Positions 36,601 through 50,120 of a stretch of DNA of 64,000 bases are shown here, one piece after another. The stretch is from Lama glama (lineage: Eukaryota). Below the pieces are notes generated by a model that saw only the letters and a program-made list of their open reading frames with translations, was not told the DNA's origin and searched no databases. Numbering within the stretch: position 1 is the stretch's first letter; each line of letters starts with the position of its first letter. Where the stretch lies: NCBI GenBank assembly GCA_028534125.1, contig CM052817.1, positions 91,638,001-91,702,000 on the forward strand, written 5' to 3'. The translations under genes were made by a program, and so were the position numbers.

Positions 36601-37659
36601 TCATTTATAGCATGTGTCTGGAAATCTCTAAATGTAATTTCTTGGTGTAAAATAAACTGCAGAAATCTGGGATGTGTCAGTCTGCTTTATGTTTATTGAA
36701 GCCGTTCTATTTGAAGCCAAAATGTTGTAAAATTATATAGTGGAGTGAACAGCTACAATTAGTTTAACAGACATGACCGTGTTCCTCAATTGAAAAGCTG
36801 TCAAGACCTCAACAATCAGATACAAAAAAGATCCAGGAATCCTATAAAATCCTGTCTCCTAGGAAGGATAACATTTCCCTTTGGTTGCCACACATCACTT
36901 TCTGTATTTTACTATCTTCTACCGTCTTTTTGTGGTTGATTAAAAAAAAAAATAAAAAGCACTCCCGGAAGGGAAACAGTCACAAATTACATTTTAAAAG
37001 ATTTGAATCGGTTAGGACAACTTGTATGTTTTGATGATCCCTTAACCAAGCTCTCAAAATAAACAAGGTTTGGACAAAACTAAAAATCTCATCACTACGG
37101 TGTGATAGACATCCCGTTTTAACTTATCTATAGTCTACTTTGATTTGGGGATTTTCTTTTAAATTGAGGTGAGAACTCTATTAGTTGTCAGAGTAATGCT
37201 ACTCTTGATGACACTTTGTGTCACTTGGCTTTGTTTTTGCATGTACTGAACTGTTGGCTGCCTATACAACCAGCAGTAGAAGCTCTGATTCTGTGATTGT
37301 GTCCACCCTCATATGCTCTGTGAAGGTAACCCTATTTCCTATCCGGGGATAGATCATCATTTTGCAGAGCCAGTCATGGTATCCCATTTGCCTTGACAGG
37401 GAGACCAGAGAGATGAAGTGAATCTGGGTCCTTTGTGATACCATGAAACCATCAAACCCTGAAGCAACCTACAGCGAAATTTAAAAATGTGAGAGAATTT
37501 TTTTTAATGTGTAAGCCAAATTCAGTCAGGACTTTCTATTACTTGGTTCCCCAGACACACTAATACTGCAGCAAAGAGAGTATCTCTGTAATGCTGTTGG
37601 GGATGGAGCCTTCTGCTTCATGGGCTGAGCTAAGACTTTCCTTTAGAAAGACTGGAAAG

Positions 37660-38135
37660 ACAGCATGCTATTGAGCAAAGAAGCCTGGATTTAGGGTCAG
37701 AATAACCAGTTCTAAATCTGTCATTTATTATTTGTGTGATCTCATGCAGGTAGTTTAGTCTGCCTGAGCCTCAGATTAACAGTGCTAACTCCTGGGCTGA
37801 TTGTCAAGGTTAAGTGAAGTAATGTGTTGGAAAGGCTGTCGGATGGAGTATCCTTGAGGGCAAAAACTGTGTTGTGCTTATCTTTGTTACCCCATCACAA
37901 TGGCTAGCGTATAGCAGAAAATACTTACGTATTATCTATTTTGTGCATTGTTTTTCATATATTAAGTATTTTTCATGTATTTTCCAGCTCATTTAATTGT
38001 AACAACGACATGTTATTACTACACTTTACAGATGAAGAAAGAGGCTCAGAGAGATCAAGTAATTTGCCCCAGAGTCATCCAGACAGGAAGTAGTAGAGAC
38101 AAGATTTGAATCAGGCAGTCTTCAGAGTCTAGAGT
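37660..38135. mobile_element. MIR fragments (two, opposite orientation)
   Basis: ctgagcctcag…ttaagtga; ttttacagatgaagaaagaggctcagagagatcaagtaatttgccc. Confidence 0.65.
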
Positions 38136-39286
38136 CTCCCCTATACAATATTCTACATAGTGGAGGCTTAGTATTTATTAACTGGGTGAATGGTACCTGG
38201 TAGGGGTTCAATGAATGTTTATTGAACAAATGGGATGTAGTAGTTGAATAACAATTTCTTTTTCTTAAGAAGAAATGTTGCACTTTGATTTTTTTTTATG
38301 TTGGATAAAAAGTAATTCTTCCAAATTTAATGAGCTTCTATGACCATGGGTCAATTTGGGGGGCATTTTCCATGGCCATGAAAGTGGCCCCCAAGGCAGC
38401 CACCTTAGGATCAGGCCTGAATATAAGGATTATTCTCTCTTAAGTCTGGAGAGTCTCTGAAATGTAGAATACGCTTAGTTTTTCCTATTAACTCCTCTCC
38501 CAAATGGTTTGTGAGCGCACATGCTGGGACAGTTCTAGCTGCTAGAACATCCTGGTCACACACCCATGAATAGTTGTAGCTAAAGATTGGTTAGGTAGGT
38601 GAGCATCTCATTTCTCTGCCATGTTCCCTTTCCTGGGGCCCTCGGTGCCTCTGCCCCATCCTCAGCACCAGCAGTGTTCTGCTCACCACTCTACCACCTC
38701 CACCCACTCCCATTCAGACCTTCGGTCAACAAACTGTCCTGAAGGAAAGAGGTCTAACAGTGAAAACAAACACATAAATGACCAAAATAGTAAATTGCAC
38801 ACCAAGAAATATAATTTACTTTTAGCTTAATGAATCTGTTCTTCCTCTGATGACGATAGAAGGACACATCTCAACTCCAGGAGGTCAAGCTGACAGGCCA
38901 GTAGGAAAGAGTTGGTTTGGGAAAGAAGCCTTCTCCAGAATGACAAGTGACATCTTAGAAGGAGGCCACCTATTCGTATTTCGAACATTTAGTTGTCAAT
39001 GACCCTGTCACCTCTTAAGTACATGGCCTTCCTCCTTTCCTCTCTGGGCCTCCTTCCCCTTCCTCCACACCTCACTCCTTCCCATCTTCTCAGGGAAGCC
39101 AGTCTCCCATATTTGTCTAAAGTCAACTGTAGAATGGAGAACGCAGCCATAGAACTGGTCTTTGTGGAAATATTGCTTTCAAATTACTCCCTATTCCAGA
39201 CCTCATACACTTTATAAATATAAACAGAACAAGAAATTTAGCAATTTTATTTTAAAAAAGTCCTAATAAACATTAAATTCTAGATT

Positions 39287-39607
39287 TAGCATGGTCCAAC
39301 AGAAATATAACACAAGCCACAAGTGAGAGCCACATACATAATTTAAAATTTTCTGGTAACCACACATTACGTAAAAAGAAACAAGTGGAATTAATTTAAA
39401 CCAAATGTTTATTTAACCTAGTGTATTAAAAATACAACCATTTTAACACATAATCAACATAAAATTATTGATAAGATTTTTAAATTTTTTTCATATTAAG
39501 TCTTTGAATCGAGTTTTACACTTATGACACATGTCAATTCAGACTAGCCATATTTCCAATACTCGGTAGCTACATGTGGCTATTGGCTACCATAATGGAC
39601 TGCGCAC
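39287..39607. mobile_element. MER33/MER3-type hAT MITE
   Basis: gtccaacagaaatataa…agccacatacataatttaaaattttct…atgtggctattggctaccataatggac. Confidence 0.8.
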
Positions 39608-39626
39608 CTCTATACTATTCATATCT

Positions 39627-39726
39627 NNNNNNNNNNNNNNNNNNNNNNNNNNNNNNNNNNNNNNNNNNNNNNNNNNNNNNNNNNNNNNNNNNNNNNNNNN
39701 NNNNNNNNNNNNNNNNNNNNNNNNNN
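39627..39726. other. Assembly gap (100 N)
   Basis: Run of exactly 100 N. Confidence 0.99.
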
Positions 39727-40545
39727 TTCCCCAATAACCATAAGATTATTTACTATGTCTGAGAGTCTGTTTCTGTTTTGTAGATGAGTGTCCTTTTTTT
39801 TTTTTCGTTCCACATATGAGTGGTATCATATGACGTTTTTCTTTCTCTTTCTGGCTTACTTCACTTACAATGATGATCTCTAGGTCCATCCATGTTGCTG
39901 CAAATGGCATTATTTTATTCTTTTTTTATGGCCAAGTAGTATTCCATTGTATAAATATACCACAACTTCTTTATCCAGTCATCTGTCTATGGACATTTAG
40001 GTTGCTTGCATGTCTTGGCTGTTGTACATAGTGCTGCTATGAACATTGGGGTGCATGTATCTTTTTGAATTAGAGTTCCTTCTGGATATATACCCAGGAA
40101 TGGGATTGCTGGATTGTATGGTATGTCTGTTTTTAGTTTTTTGAGGAATGTCCATACTGTTTTCCATAATGGCTGCACCAAACTGTATTCCCACCAGCAA
40201 TGTAGGAGGGTTCCCTTTTCTCCACACCCTCTCCAGCATTAATTTTCATGGACTTCTGAATGATGGCCATTCTGTATGGTGTGAGGTGATACCTCATTGT
40301 AGTTTTGATTTGCATTTCTCTGATAATTAGCACTGTTGAGCATTTTTTCATGTGCCTGTTGCATTTGCGTGTCTTCATTGGAGAATTGCTTGTTTAGGTC
40401 TTCTGCCCATTTTTGGATTGGGTTGTTTGTTTTTTGTTATTAAGTTGTATGTATTAAGCACTTGTCAGTCTCCTCTTTTGCAAATATTTTCTCCCATTCC
40501 GTAGGTTGTTGTTTTGTTTTGCTTATGGTCTCCTTTGCTGTTTTC
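39727..40545 (-). mobile_element. L1 3' portion (tail lies in the gap)
   Basis: ORF2 remnants ([22 protein letters not shown]…[13 protein letters not shown]…KDTCTPMFIAAL). Confidence 0.93.
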
Positions 40546-41932
40546 ACATATTCTAATTTTTCTGAACAGTTATAAATATTTTTGCATATATCTAGCCAGT
40601 TGTTCAAGGTCTCTTGGATTCTTTTGCCCTGAATTACTGGGTATACAAATATATATCACATATATTTATCTGTTACATGGGTTATGCATATTTAAATATA
40701 TAAGACATATTTATCCCTATGATTGATGTGGTCCATATAAATGGCCTACCGTTTATAAAATCAATCTAATAATCTGCTGTGTTATCATACTGATTGGGCA
40801 TTCATCTATTGGACATGTGGGTAACTTACTATTTTTGTCTATTATAATTATTACTGCTATGAACAGCTTTTTTTTTTTTTTTAGAGTAGAACTTGTTTTT
40901 TCTCTTTCTTGCTCCTTTTTCCCCCTATTCTACTGTCTCTTTCGGGATTACAGAAAGTGAGGTTGAGAAACCTTCCTTCCTCAGTTGGTCCAGGATCAAC
41001 CAACTTTCTACTCTACAAGTGTGATCTGGGGGCATCTCTATCTTCTGTGATAAATAAAAGTCGGTTACCAACCCTGGGCCCAAAACAGTTAATTCATGAA
41101 TGTGTAAAGAAGAAACAAAGGATGGTTGGGGGCGGGGGCCTTGAAGGGTGGTGAGCAAACAGCTTCTTTCACAAAGACTTTTGCAGGGGAGAAGCAGAGC
41201 CCCCTTCCTTCTGCGGTGCAAGGAGAGGAGGTAGCAGTAAAATAGAAGATATGCGTGAACATAGACATCGTTTTCCATGCAGCCCCACTGACTTGAAGAC
41301 AACAATGAAAAGGCTATTATGGCTCCTATTACAGAGGTGATGGGCTGGATGTAATTAGGGATTAAATCTGAAATTCCCAGTACATACCCAGGGTCTCAGG
41401 AACTTGACAGGCTGCTATCACTACAAGATCCCTGGGAGGGCAGCGTGGCTGGCTTAATCGGGGAGAGGGCATGAGGCGGGGGGGCTGCCCATAGCAGCCA
41501 CTTATCACGGTGCTAATGAACAGGGAGGCCTTCTAAGTGGGGAAGAGGCGCAGTGGTGTCACTTTCCCTTTGTGTGTGCACATCAGCTGGCATCTCCGCA
41601 GGGGCGGGGACTTGTCAGAAAGGAGACAAGTTGCTAGGTAACCAGGAGTCTGAGGGAAGCCCCCTCCCCCAGCCCCAGGAAAGCAGAGTGCCAAGGGGGC
41701 CCCAAGAAGGATTTGTCAGTTAAAAAATGAACAAAAACAACTACAGCCTGGATTGAACATGGAAGGATTAACAGCTACCCTAAGGAGCAGCAGGCTACTT
41801 TTTTTTTTTTTTTCCATAGGGGGAAGGCTAATTGGAAGAGAATTACTGTGATCTGGGAGTTGAAGGAGAGGGAAATGGGGAGGAATAAGGCCAGAGAGTA
41901 AAGGAGGAGCAAGTATTAAAAAGAGAGGTGGA

Positions 41933-42090
41933 GGGGAGGGTGTAGTTCAGTGGCAGAGCACATGCTTAGCATGTGCAGGGTCCTGGGTTCAATCCCTAGT
42001 ACCTCCATTGAAACAAATAAGTAAATAATCTAATTACCTCCTTTCAAAAAACAAAAACAAACAAACAAACAAAAAAGCCAAACAAAAGAG
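41933..42090 (+). mobile_element. tRNA-derived SINE (Vic-1-like)
   Basis: ggggagggtgtagttcagtggcagagc…gtcctgggttcaatccctagtacctcc…taattacctcc plus (CAAA)n tail. Confidence 0.9.
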
Positions 42091-42408
42091 AGAGAGAGAG
42101 AGGGAAAAGATTGTGGGAAAGAAAGCATCTCCATCAGCTCTGGAAAAGACCCTATTACAGGACAGGGTACTGGGGCCACCATGAACTCCAGGGGCCTCAG
42201 GGGGTAAAGGCAGTCTGTGCGAAAAACAGGCTAAAGTATGGTCTCTGGACCAGCCATGTCTTCTCTGGAAACTCGTTGGAAATGAGTCCAGGCCGACTGC
42301 TATAGACACTGTGCTCTAACAAGCTCTCCAGGTGATTCTGAAACACACGAGTCTGAGAGCCACTGCTGCAGTGGAATGAGACAGCTTTTGGAGGGGTGAG
42401 GAGATGGG

Positions 42409-42924
42409 TGTCAAAGCAAAGATCGCACCAGGCAAAGTTAAACAGGCACGGGAAACTTGATTCAAGGCTACTGCAATAAGGGAGAAAGGCCAGAACTCAG
42501 CTCCTGGGGATCAGAGGGGTTTTTAAAGGCTGGGGTGAGCTAGTGGAAAACTACCGGAGGACATCAGGGGGCTGTGTTTGCTCATAAACTTCTATCTTTA
42601 AGGCAGAAAGTAGCTTTACAACTTGGAGCAAGGTGTTCCTCTCATGTTAGGCTCCTCCCTTCCCTCAGAGGCTGAGAGAGAGAGAGAAGTTATCTCCTCT
42701 GATGATTATAATTCAGAGACGATCCCCAGGTCCTAGAGAAGGACCTTCCTACCTTGTGAGACTGTAAGAGGCTTTTGCAAAGATATACATACATCTCAAA
42801 GGGTCAGAGAAAATTTGTAATTACAAGTTTTCTAATGAATATGGGCTAAGCACAGGCAGGTGAGGAAGAAATATGTCTTAAAGTTCTCAGTCAAGCTGCA
42901 GGGAACGCTAAGGCTGTCTTGTTC
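42409..42924 (-). mobile_element. Ancient ERV1 LTR (MER67/MER31-like)
   Basis: tgtcaaagcaaa…aaagttaaacaggca…ttcaaggctactgcaata and agtcaagctgcagggaacgctaagg. Confidence 0.65.
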
Positions 42925-44153
42925 TGGGGAAGGGAGACCCTTGGCACAGTCAAGCACACGTTGTCCTGTCTTTGAATTGAATTCTTCTGCTTCTCTTGGT
43001 AATTCAGCCCCTCACCACATGCTACAGAGCCATATTGAAGGTGGCAGGAATGAAAGGCAGTTTTTTACAGAAGGTGACTTCGTCAGGTGATGGAGGGAGG
43101 GAGAGGGATGGAGTGGGGTGGGGGATGGAGAAAATTGGCTTGTGCAGTCTTTTCCCTTGATGCTGCTGCTGCTGGTTGCATTTCTTTCATGAGAAACCCA
43201 ACAAGGGCACACAGAGGAAGGGCAGCTTGGGCGTGTTTCACCTGATTCTCTCAAAAGGTTTTCTGAACAGCTGGAGCAAAGCATCCGTGGTTAAGATCAC
43301 AAGCCCATGGCTGTCCTAGCCAGCTTCAACCAGGTCTTTACTGCTGCACCAACAACTGTGACTTCCCTTAGACTTGTCTCTGAGGGACTTGGCCAAGATG
43401 AATTGCCTTTCAAGATGAATTTACTGGAAGGCTTCGTGCCTCCAACTGTAAGGTTCTGGGGGGTGTAGTCACCCTCATATTTGAGCATTAGAAGGCCTGC
43501 CAGCAAAGCTGGCTTTCTTCCCATCCCCATTGTCTGCTGTGGTGGTGCCTCTTCCACACAGCAGGTGACTTGAGCACACAGCATGGACCAGGGTTGAACT
43601 ATTCCAAAGGACAAAGAGGCTTTTGCTAGTGACTTTTTAGGTAACCTGCCCTACTCCCCTCTTTTTTTTTTTTTTTTTTTCCTTGGAATGGTAAGAAGGC
43701 AGCTGCTCCTGGAAACCTAGCCAAGGTCAGGTGTGAGAGTTTGGCTAGTGCGCTGTGGGAGGCCGTGTGTTCGATCCTGGTCACCACACACCCTACGGTA
43801 CTGTGGCTCTGCTGACCTACCTCCTGCTCACCTTAGGGGTGAGGCCACCAGGACCAAGGGCTCTGATGCTTAAGACTGACTCAGCTGAGTACCAGTGTCT
43901 GCTGCCTCCCAGCTCATATGTAAGATCCTTCTGGGTCAACCAAAGGGTGACATTTAATAAATAAAAAACCTATGAAAATGTCCCTTGTTATCATTTTACC
44001 CTGTAATCACTGGCTTGTTTATATTTCTAAGCTGTGGGCTTCTCAATACAGGGCTGAATCTCAGTCAATGCCTGTGTCAATGTGTGAGTAAAAGAATGAA
44101 TGAGAGGTCCCAGGGCTCCTGTTGTCCACTCTATGGTTACCTCTTACTGTCTT

Positions 44154-44723
44154 TTTTCCTTCTATTTTTGTTTGTTTTTTTTAAATTATTTTTTTTATTG
44201 AGGTGTAATTGTACAATATCATGTAAGTTTCAGGCATACAACATAGTGATTCACAATTTTAAAAGTTATACTCCATTTATAGTTACTGTAAAATATTGGC
44301 TCTGTTCCCTGTGTTGTACAATAAATCCTTGTAGCTTATTTGTTTTATACAGGGTAGTTTGTACCTCTTAATCCCCTACCCTGTCATGCCCTTCCCTCTT
44401 CCTTCTCCCCACTGGTAACCACTGGTTTGTTTTCAGTATCTGTGAGTCTGCTTCTTTTTTGTTGTATTCACTAGTTTTATTTTTTAGATCCCACATATAA
44501 GTGATATTCATGCAGTATTTGTCTTTCTCTGTCTGACTTATTTCACTTAGCATAATGCCCTTCAGGTCCATCCATGTTGTTGCAAGTGGCAAAATTTCAT
44601 TCTTTTTTTATGGTTGAGTAGCATTTCATTGTATATATACACTACATCTTCTTTTTCCAGCCATCTGTTGATGGATATTCAGGTTGCTTCTACATCTTGG
44701 CTATTGTAAATAATGCTGCTAGT
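44154..44723 (-). mobile_element. L1 3' end
   Basis: ORF2/3' UTR remnant (LATTWMDLKGIMLSEISQTEKDKY); TSD ctcttac(tg/ca)tctt at 44141-44153 and 44724-44736. Confidence 0.92.
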
Positions 44724-46374
44724 CTCTTACCATCTTCTATTTCACCCATAAAAGTGTTTCTGAGCTCCAGAGACAAAACTACATTCTTCACCATTCTTAA
44801 GAGTTTGAGAATTGCTGCTAGAAGAACTGTGAGTAGATCGGCATCTTGGTAATATTCATGGATATTAAGTTAATTTAAAAAATCAAGTTAACCAGAGAAG
44901 AACATTGTCTAGCACATGGTAACACTTTTTGGTTGAACTGCTAATAACGCAGTGAATACAAGGGAAATGCCCATTTGTGAAAAAGATTTACAGAAATGGC
45001 CAAACCAACATTTTTTCGAGTGTGAATTAGTCTAAGATAAAAGATTAATGCAATTGCACCATGAATAATTCACCAAGGAAATTATTTAGTGAGTGCTTAC
45101 TGTGTGCTTGGCAGGCACCTGGGCAGACACAAAAATGCTAAATAAGACCCCGTTTACCACCTGCAGGTCTCTGAAAGCAAGATGCCCCGATGATGAATGG
45201 AGAAGCCCAGGGAGCCTGGAATTGTGCACATAAAAATAACATTTCCAAGGCAAACGGTTTTAAGGAGACCCATTTAAAAGACCCTATTCTAAATAAATGT
45301 AAACCAATGACAACATTAAATGGTTCCTATTTTAAACTCTTGGTCCTGAAGAACAAAGTGATTTTCCTTGTGATATAAACTCTCAACACAGCAAAACCAA
45401 GTATGAACTGGTTTTAGCCATAAGAAGAAAAGGTTGGATACGAACCAAGCCATGTCCCTGCATAGCGTCTTTATTCCATCTAATTTTAAGGAGCAAGCCG
45501 AGATGCTCTTGTAAGCATTTGCATTGCAAAGTAGGCTGGAAATTGGCCTTGTTTAAACAAGCGCTCCCGGCAAGGCCGCCCTCCGTCGCCCACCCTTGGC
45601 AGCAGGGACCTGCTGGCCATAAAAGAGGCAGCCACGTGAGTGGTGCAGCTGAAAAGAAGCCTTTGAGTGGCTCAACTGTTTAACTAATTAATGCATGTCT
45701 CCCCCTAAGGTTAGAAACGAAGGGAAGGGGGAAGGAATTTGTGAGTGATACACCACTTTGGGTCCATTATGTGCCTGCAAAGAGAGATGCGAGGTCCCCA
45801 CGCTGCATGCAGCTCTTCAAGCCTCTTGCAGAATCCTCCCTAATACCCGGCGTTCCCTGGATCACAGCGAGGCCTTTGGCGGCAGAGCGCCTCTCGATGG
45901 GTCGATAACCACAGGGAAGACTCTAAAGCTGCTTTTGATCCTGGCATAAATCAGAAGGAAAAAAAAATCCACGACTCCCACCATGGAAAACTTTAGTTAC
46001 CTAACCTGGGATATTTAAAAACTAAGCAAAAGTTTGAGAGGACCGTAAACTGACCCAAGATAAAGGCGGAGAGCTCCCAACTCAAACAACTGCTTTTGTC
46101 AAACGCAGAGTATTTGTCTCCATCTGACAGCCATCCCCAGAAATCCACGGACTGGAGGACAGCAAATGAGGGGGTGTGAGGGTGTGTGTGGGGGGCTGGC
46201 CAGGTGAGAGCCAGTGTTCTGTTATGTGACAAAGCCACATCTGTCACACCTCCCCTCTCCCGTTAACCCCTAGAGCCAGAACTTTGCAAAATTATGAAGA
46301 AAAATCTAGGTTCAGTATCCTAGACAAAACTCCCCCCTTTATTATTATTTATTTATTATTATTAATTTTTTCCC

Positions 46375-46739
46375 TATGTTGGTTTGCTTGGGCTGCCATC
46401 ACAAAGTACCACAAGCTGGGTGACTTAATAGCTCTGGAGGTGTGAAGTCCAAGAGCAGGATGCTGGCAGGGTTGGTTTCTGAAGATGCCTTTCTTCCTGG
46501 CTTGCAGACAGCCGCCGTCCCATGTGTCCTCACATGACCTTACCTCTGTGCCTGAGAACTCCTCCTGCCTCTGCCTCTTCTTGTGAGATCACTGGTCCTA
46601 TTGGATTAGGGCCCCACCCTTATGACCTCATTTAACCTGATTGCCTACTTCAAGGTCCTATCTCCAGACAGAGTCAGTCACATTGGGAGTTAAGGCTTCA
46701 ACACCTGGATTTAGGGGGCATACCATTCAGTCTGTAACA
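46375..46739 (-). mobile_element. MLT1A/B-like (MaLR) solo LTR
   Basis: gggctgccatcacaaagtaccaca…gaagtccaag…ggattagggccccacccttatgacctcatttaacct…cattcagtctgtaaca. Confidence 0.88.
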
Positions 46740-47154
46740 CATCTGCTTCTTTTCACTTTAGCAGGCCTGTCCTTTTTACTTCTCTCCCCAAAACTCTTAT
46801 CAAAATATTTACTCAGGAAAGGGCATAGCTGGCACTGCTTTAAGAATCTGGGCAGGGCAGGGGGTGGTGTGGAGAACTGGCTGTGTGGGAGGTGCCCTTT
46901 GTTAGAGTCCCCTCCAGGTGTGATGAGTGTAAAATAACTAGACTGCAGGGCAGAGAACGGATGGTAACACGGAGTGCTGGAACCAAGTGGCCACCACACT
47001 GTCTTACTTCTTTTCACATTCAGCTTCTCACACTTGTTTTATCCATTTTTTCAATTCCCTTCATCTCCAGCCTAGCCTGGCTTCCATCACAAACCCGAAA
47101 GGTTTTTACTGAGATGGCTAAAAACTGCCTTCTATCCATCTCCTTGCATTACTC

Positions 47155-48705
47155 TGTAAAGGAACACTTGCTTCTGTGAGTCTGCATTTTCACACTTCAG
47201 ACACCAGATGTGGGTTTATTTCCACACTGACCCACTCTGCAACACCAGCTGGGCGTCCTACAATTCAATTCTGTTCTGACATTCCCTATCTTGAGCTAGG
47301 ATCGGATTTCACAGGTAAGGGCTCTGTCCCACAAGACTGTCCCCCAGGCCCCACACCATGCCAGTCACAAGTCCAGGTTGTCACCTGTGTTTCTGACCTA
47401 CCGGCTGTAAGATGGAGGTTTTCGTGACCTCCTCCTCCAGGTCGATTAATTTGCTAGAGAAGGTTACAGAACCCAGGAAAACAGTTCACTTCCTAGGTTA
47501 CTAGTTTGTTATAAAAAGATCTGTCAGAAGCAGCCAGATGGAAAAGATGCACAGAGCAGTATGTAGGAATGGGCACAGAGCTTCCATACTCTCTCTGGGA
47601 GTGCCATTCCCCCTGTACCTCCACACGTTCACCGTCCCAGCAGTGATCTGAACCCCATCCTTTTGAGTTTTTATGGAGGCTTCATTACATAGGCATGATT
47701 TATTTTTAATTTTTTATTGAAGTATAGTCAGTTTACAATGTTGTGTCAATTTCTGGTTTACAGCATAATACTTCAGTCGTATAGGAACATACATATATTC
47801 ATTTTCATATTCTTTTTCACCATAGGTTGATATTGAATATAGTTCCCTGTGCTATACAGTATAAACTTGTTGTTTATCTGCTTTATGTATATTAGCTAGT
47901 ACCTGCAAATCTAGAACCCCCAATTTATCTCTTCCCCCTCTTTCCCTCCAGTAACCATAAGCTTGTTTTCTTTGTCGTGAGTCTGTTTCTGTTTTGTAAA
48001 TAAGTTCATTTATCTTTTTTAAGATTCTACATATAAGTGATATCATATGGCATTTTTCTTTCTCTTTCTGGCTTACTTCACTTAGAATGACAATCTCCAG
48101 TTTCATCAATGTTGCTGCAAATGACATTATTTTATTCTTTTTTATGGCTGGGTAGTATCCCATTGTATACATATACCACAGTTTCTTTATCCAGTCATCT
48201 GTCGATGGACTAGTTTGTTTCCATGTCTTGGCTATTCTAAATAGTGCTGCTATGAACATTGGGGTGCATATATCTTTTTGAATTAGAGTTCCTTCTGGCA
48301 TAGGCACAATTGATTAAATCATTGGCCATTGGTAACTAATTCAATCTCCAGCCCCTCTTTCCTCCCCAGAGGTCACAGAGTGGGGAGAAGGGGCTGAAAG
48401 TTCCAAACCTCTGATCACATGGTTGGTTCTCCTGGCAACCAGTCCCCATCCTTAGGGGCTTTACAAAAGTGCCCCCCCCCCCACCACCATTGATACACAC
48501 TCAGGTGTGGCTGAAGGGTTTGTTATGAATAATAGGACACTGTTTTACCTTTATGGCTCTGGAGCTATTTCAGGATCTGAGGCCAAAAGACTAAATATTG
48601 TAATACAAGATGCTTCTATTGCTTTTATCACTAGAAAATTCCAAGAGTTTTAGGAGCTCTGTGCCAGAAGACCAAACACGTATTTATTATCAGTCACGAG
48701 GTCAT
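47155..48705 (-). mobile_element. MER21-family LTR interrupted by L1
   Basis: caccagctgggcgtcctacaattcaattc, gattaatttgctagag, tgattaaatcattggccattgg, ggctgaaagttccaa, aaattccaagagttttaggagctctgtgccag. Confidence 0.85.
47701..48298 (-). mobile_element. L1 3' end nested in MER21
   Basis: ORF2 C-terminal remnant (KDICTPMFIAALFRIAKTWKQ); TSD cataggca(tg/ca)att at 47688-47700 and 48299-48311. Confidence 0.92.
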
Positions 48706-49279
48706 ATACACCTATGCACTCTTCATTCACTTGAGCATGCATTCAACTGAGCACTGCATTTAGTCACAATCTGCTTTCCCCAAGTTTGCATACCTGGGGC
48801 CTGGCTTGCAGACAAATGGATCTTTGGTTCTTAGATCATCTCCTTACTAGACTAGGTTGTCAGGTTGCACATAAAAATTTCTCTCCTCTTAAATCTGAAT
48901 TAGAAAAGTGCTTTTCAGATTTTAAACACTGTCGCTTGTGTGATGTCATTATATCTTGGGTAAGAGGAAAGTGATCAAGTTGCTTCATTAGAATAATTCC
49001 ATGCCTGTTGCAATTCTGTATTTGGGAGAAGGAGCAGAATTCCTCTAACAGGTTGATAGCTTTTTTATTTTTAGGAAAATACCTTGATAGGAGATAACAG
49101 GTGGGATCTTCATGGTGGCAAGAGTTGTGAAAGAGCTGCACCACTGCATAGACATTCACTCTATATGAATTTAAGAGCGTTATCTTAGAAGCTTGCAGTA
49201 AAGGGGGCTTGGGGGACCAGATGACCCAAGAACAACTTCGGTTGCTTCCATATTTTGGCTGTTAAAGTGTTGCAAAAGA

Positions 49280-49850
49280 CAAAAACTCTAATTGAAAAAG
49301 ATACATGTGCCCCAGTGTTCATAGCAGCACTATTTACAATAGCCAAGATATGGAAGCAACCTAAGTGTCCATCAACAGATGAATGGATAAAGATGTGGTA
49401 TACTTACACAATGGAATATTACTCATCTAGAAAACAGAATGAAATATTGCCATTTGCAATACTGGATGGACCTTGAGATTATCATACTAACTGAAGTCAG
49501 TCAGACAGAGAAAGACAAACATCATATGATATCACTTATATGTGGAATCGGAAAATAATACAAATGAATCTATATACAAAACAGATACAGACTCACAGAC
49601 ATAGAAAACAAACTTGTGGTTACCAAAGGGGGAAAAGGGAGTGGGAAGAGGGATAAAATAGGAGTATGGGATTGACAGATATAAATTATTATACATAAAA
49701 TAGATAAGCAACAAGGATTTACTGTACAGCACAGGGAACCATATTCAATATCTTGTAATAACCTATAATGGAAAATAATCTGAATCAGTTTGCTGAACTC
49801 CTGAAAGTAACACAATATTGTAAATCAAATACACCTCAACAAAAAAAGAA
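49280..49850 (+). mobile_element. L1 3' end
   Basis: KDTCAPVFIAALFTIAKIWKQPKCPSTDEWIK remnant, 3' UTR and A tail. Confidence 0.92.
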
Positions 49851-49869
49851 TAGTAACACACACACAGAG

Positions 49870-50120
49870 AAAATAAAATGAGGCTGCTTGCGTGGGCTTT
49901 AATCCAATCCGACTGGCGTCCTTATAAGAAGAGGAGAGTAAGACACACAGATAGACCAGGGATGCACACAGAGAAACACCGTGTGAGGACACAGGGAAGC
50001 AGAGGCCATCTGCAAGCCAAGGAGCGAGTCCTCAGAAGAAACACAAACTGTCCTCACCTTGGTCTTCACTTCCAGCCCCCAGAGCTGTGATACTTTGTTA
50101 GGGCAGCTGTATAGACTGAG
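49870..50120 (+). mobile_element. MLT1 LTR 3' part
   Basis: taatccaatccgactggcgtccttataagaagagga…ggccatctgcaagccaagg…cttccagccccagagctgtga. Confidence 0.8.

Noticed and set aside
43877..43885. ARE-like TGACTCAGC (also ATGAGTCAGC at 2665-2674) as NRF2 sites for MGST2
   Set aside because: Isolated imperfect short motifs far from the gene, expected by chance in 64 kb.
47852..48307. 151-aa ORF and similar ORFs at 10152-10515, 25292-25768, 39987-40378, 49255-49476
   Set aside because: Frameshifted L1 ORF2 or 3' UTR remnants.
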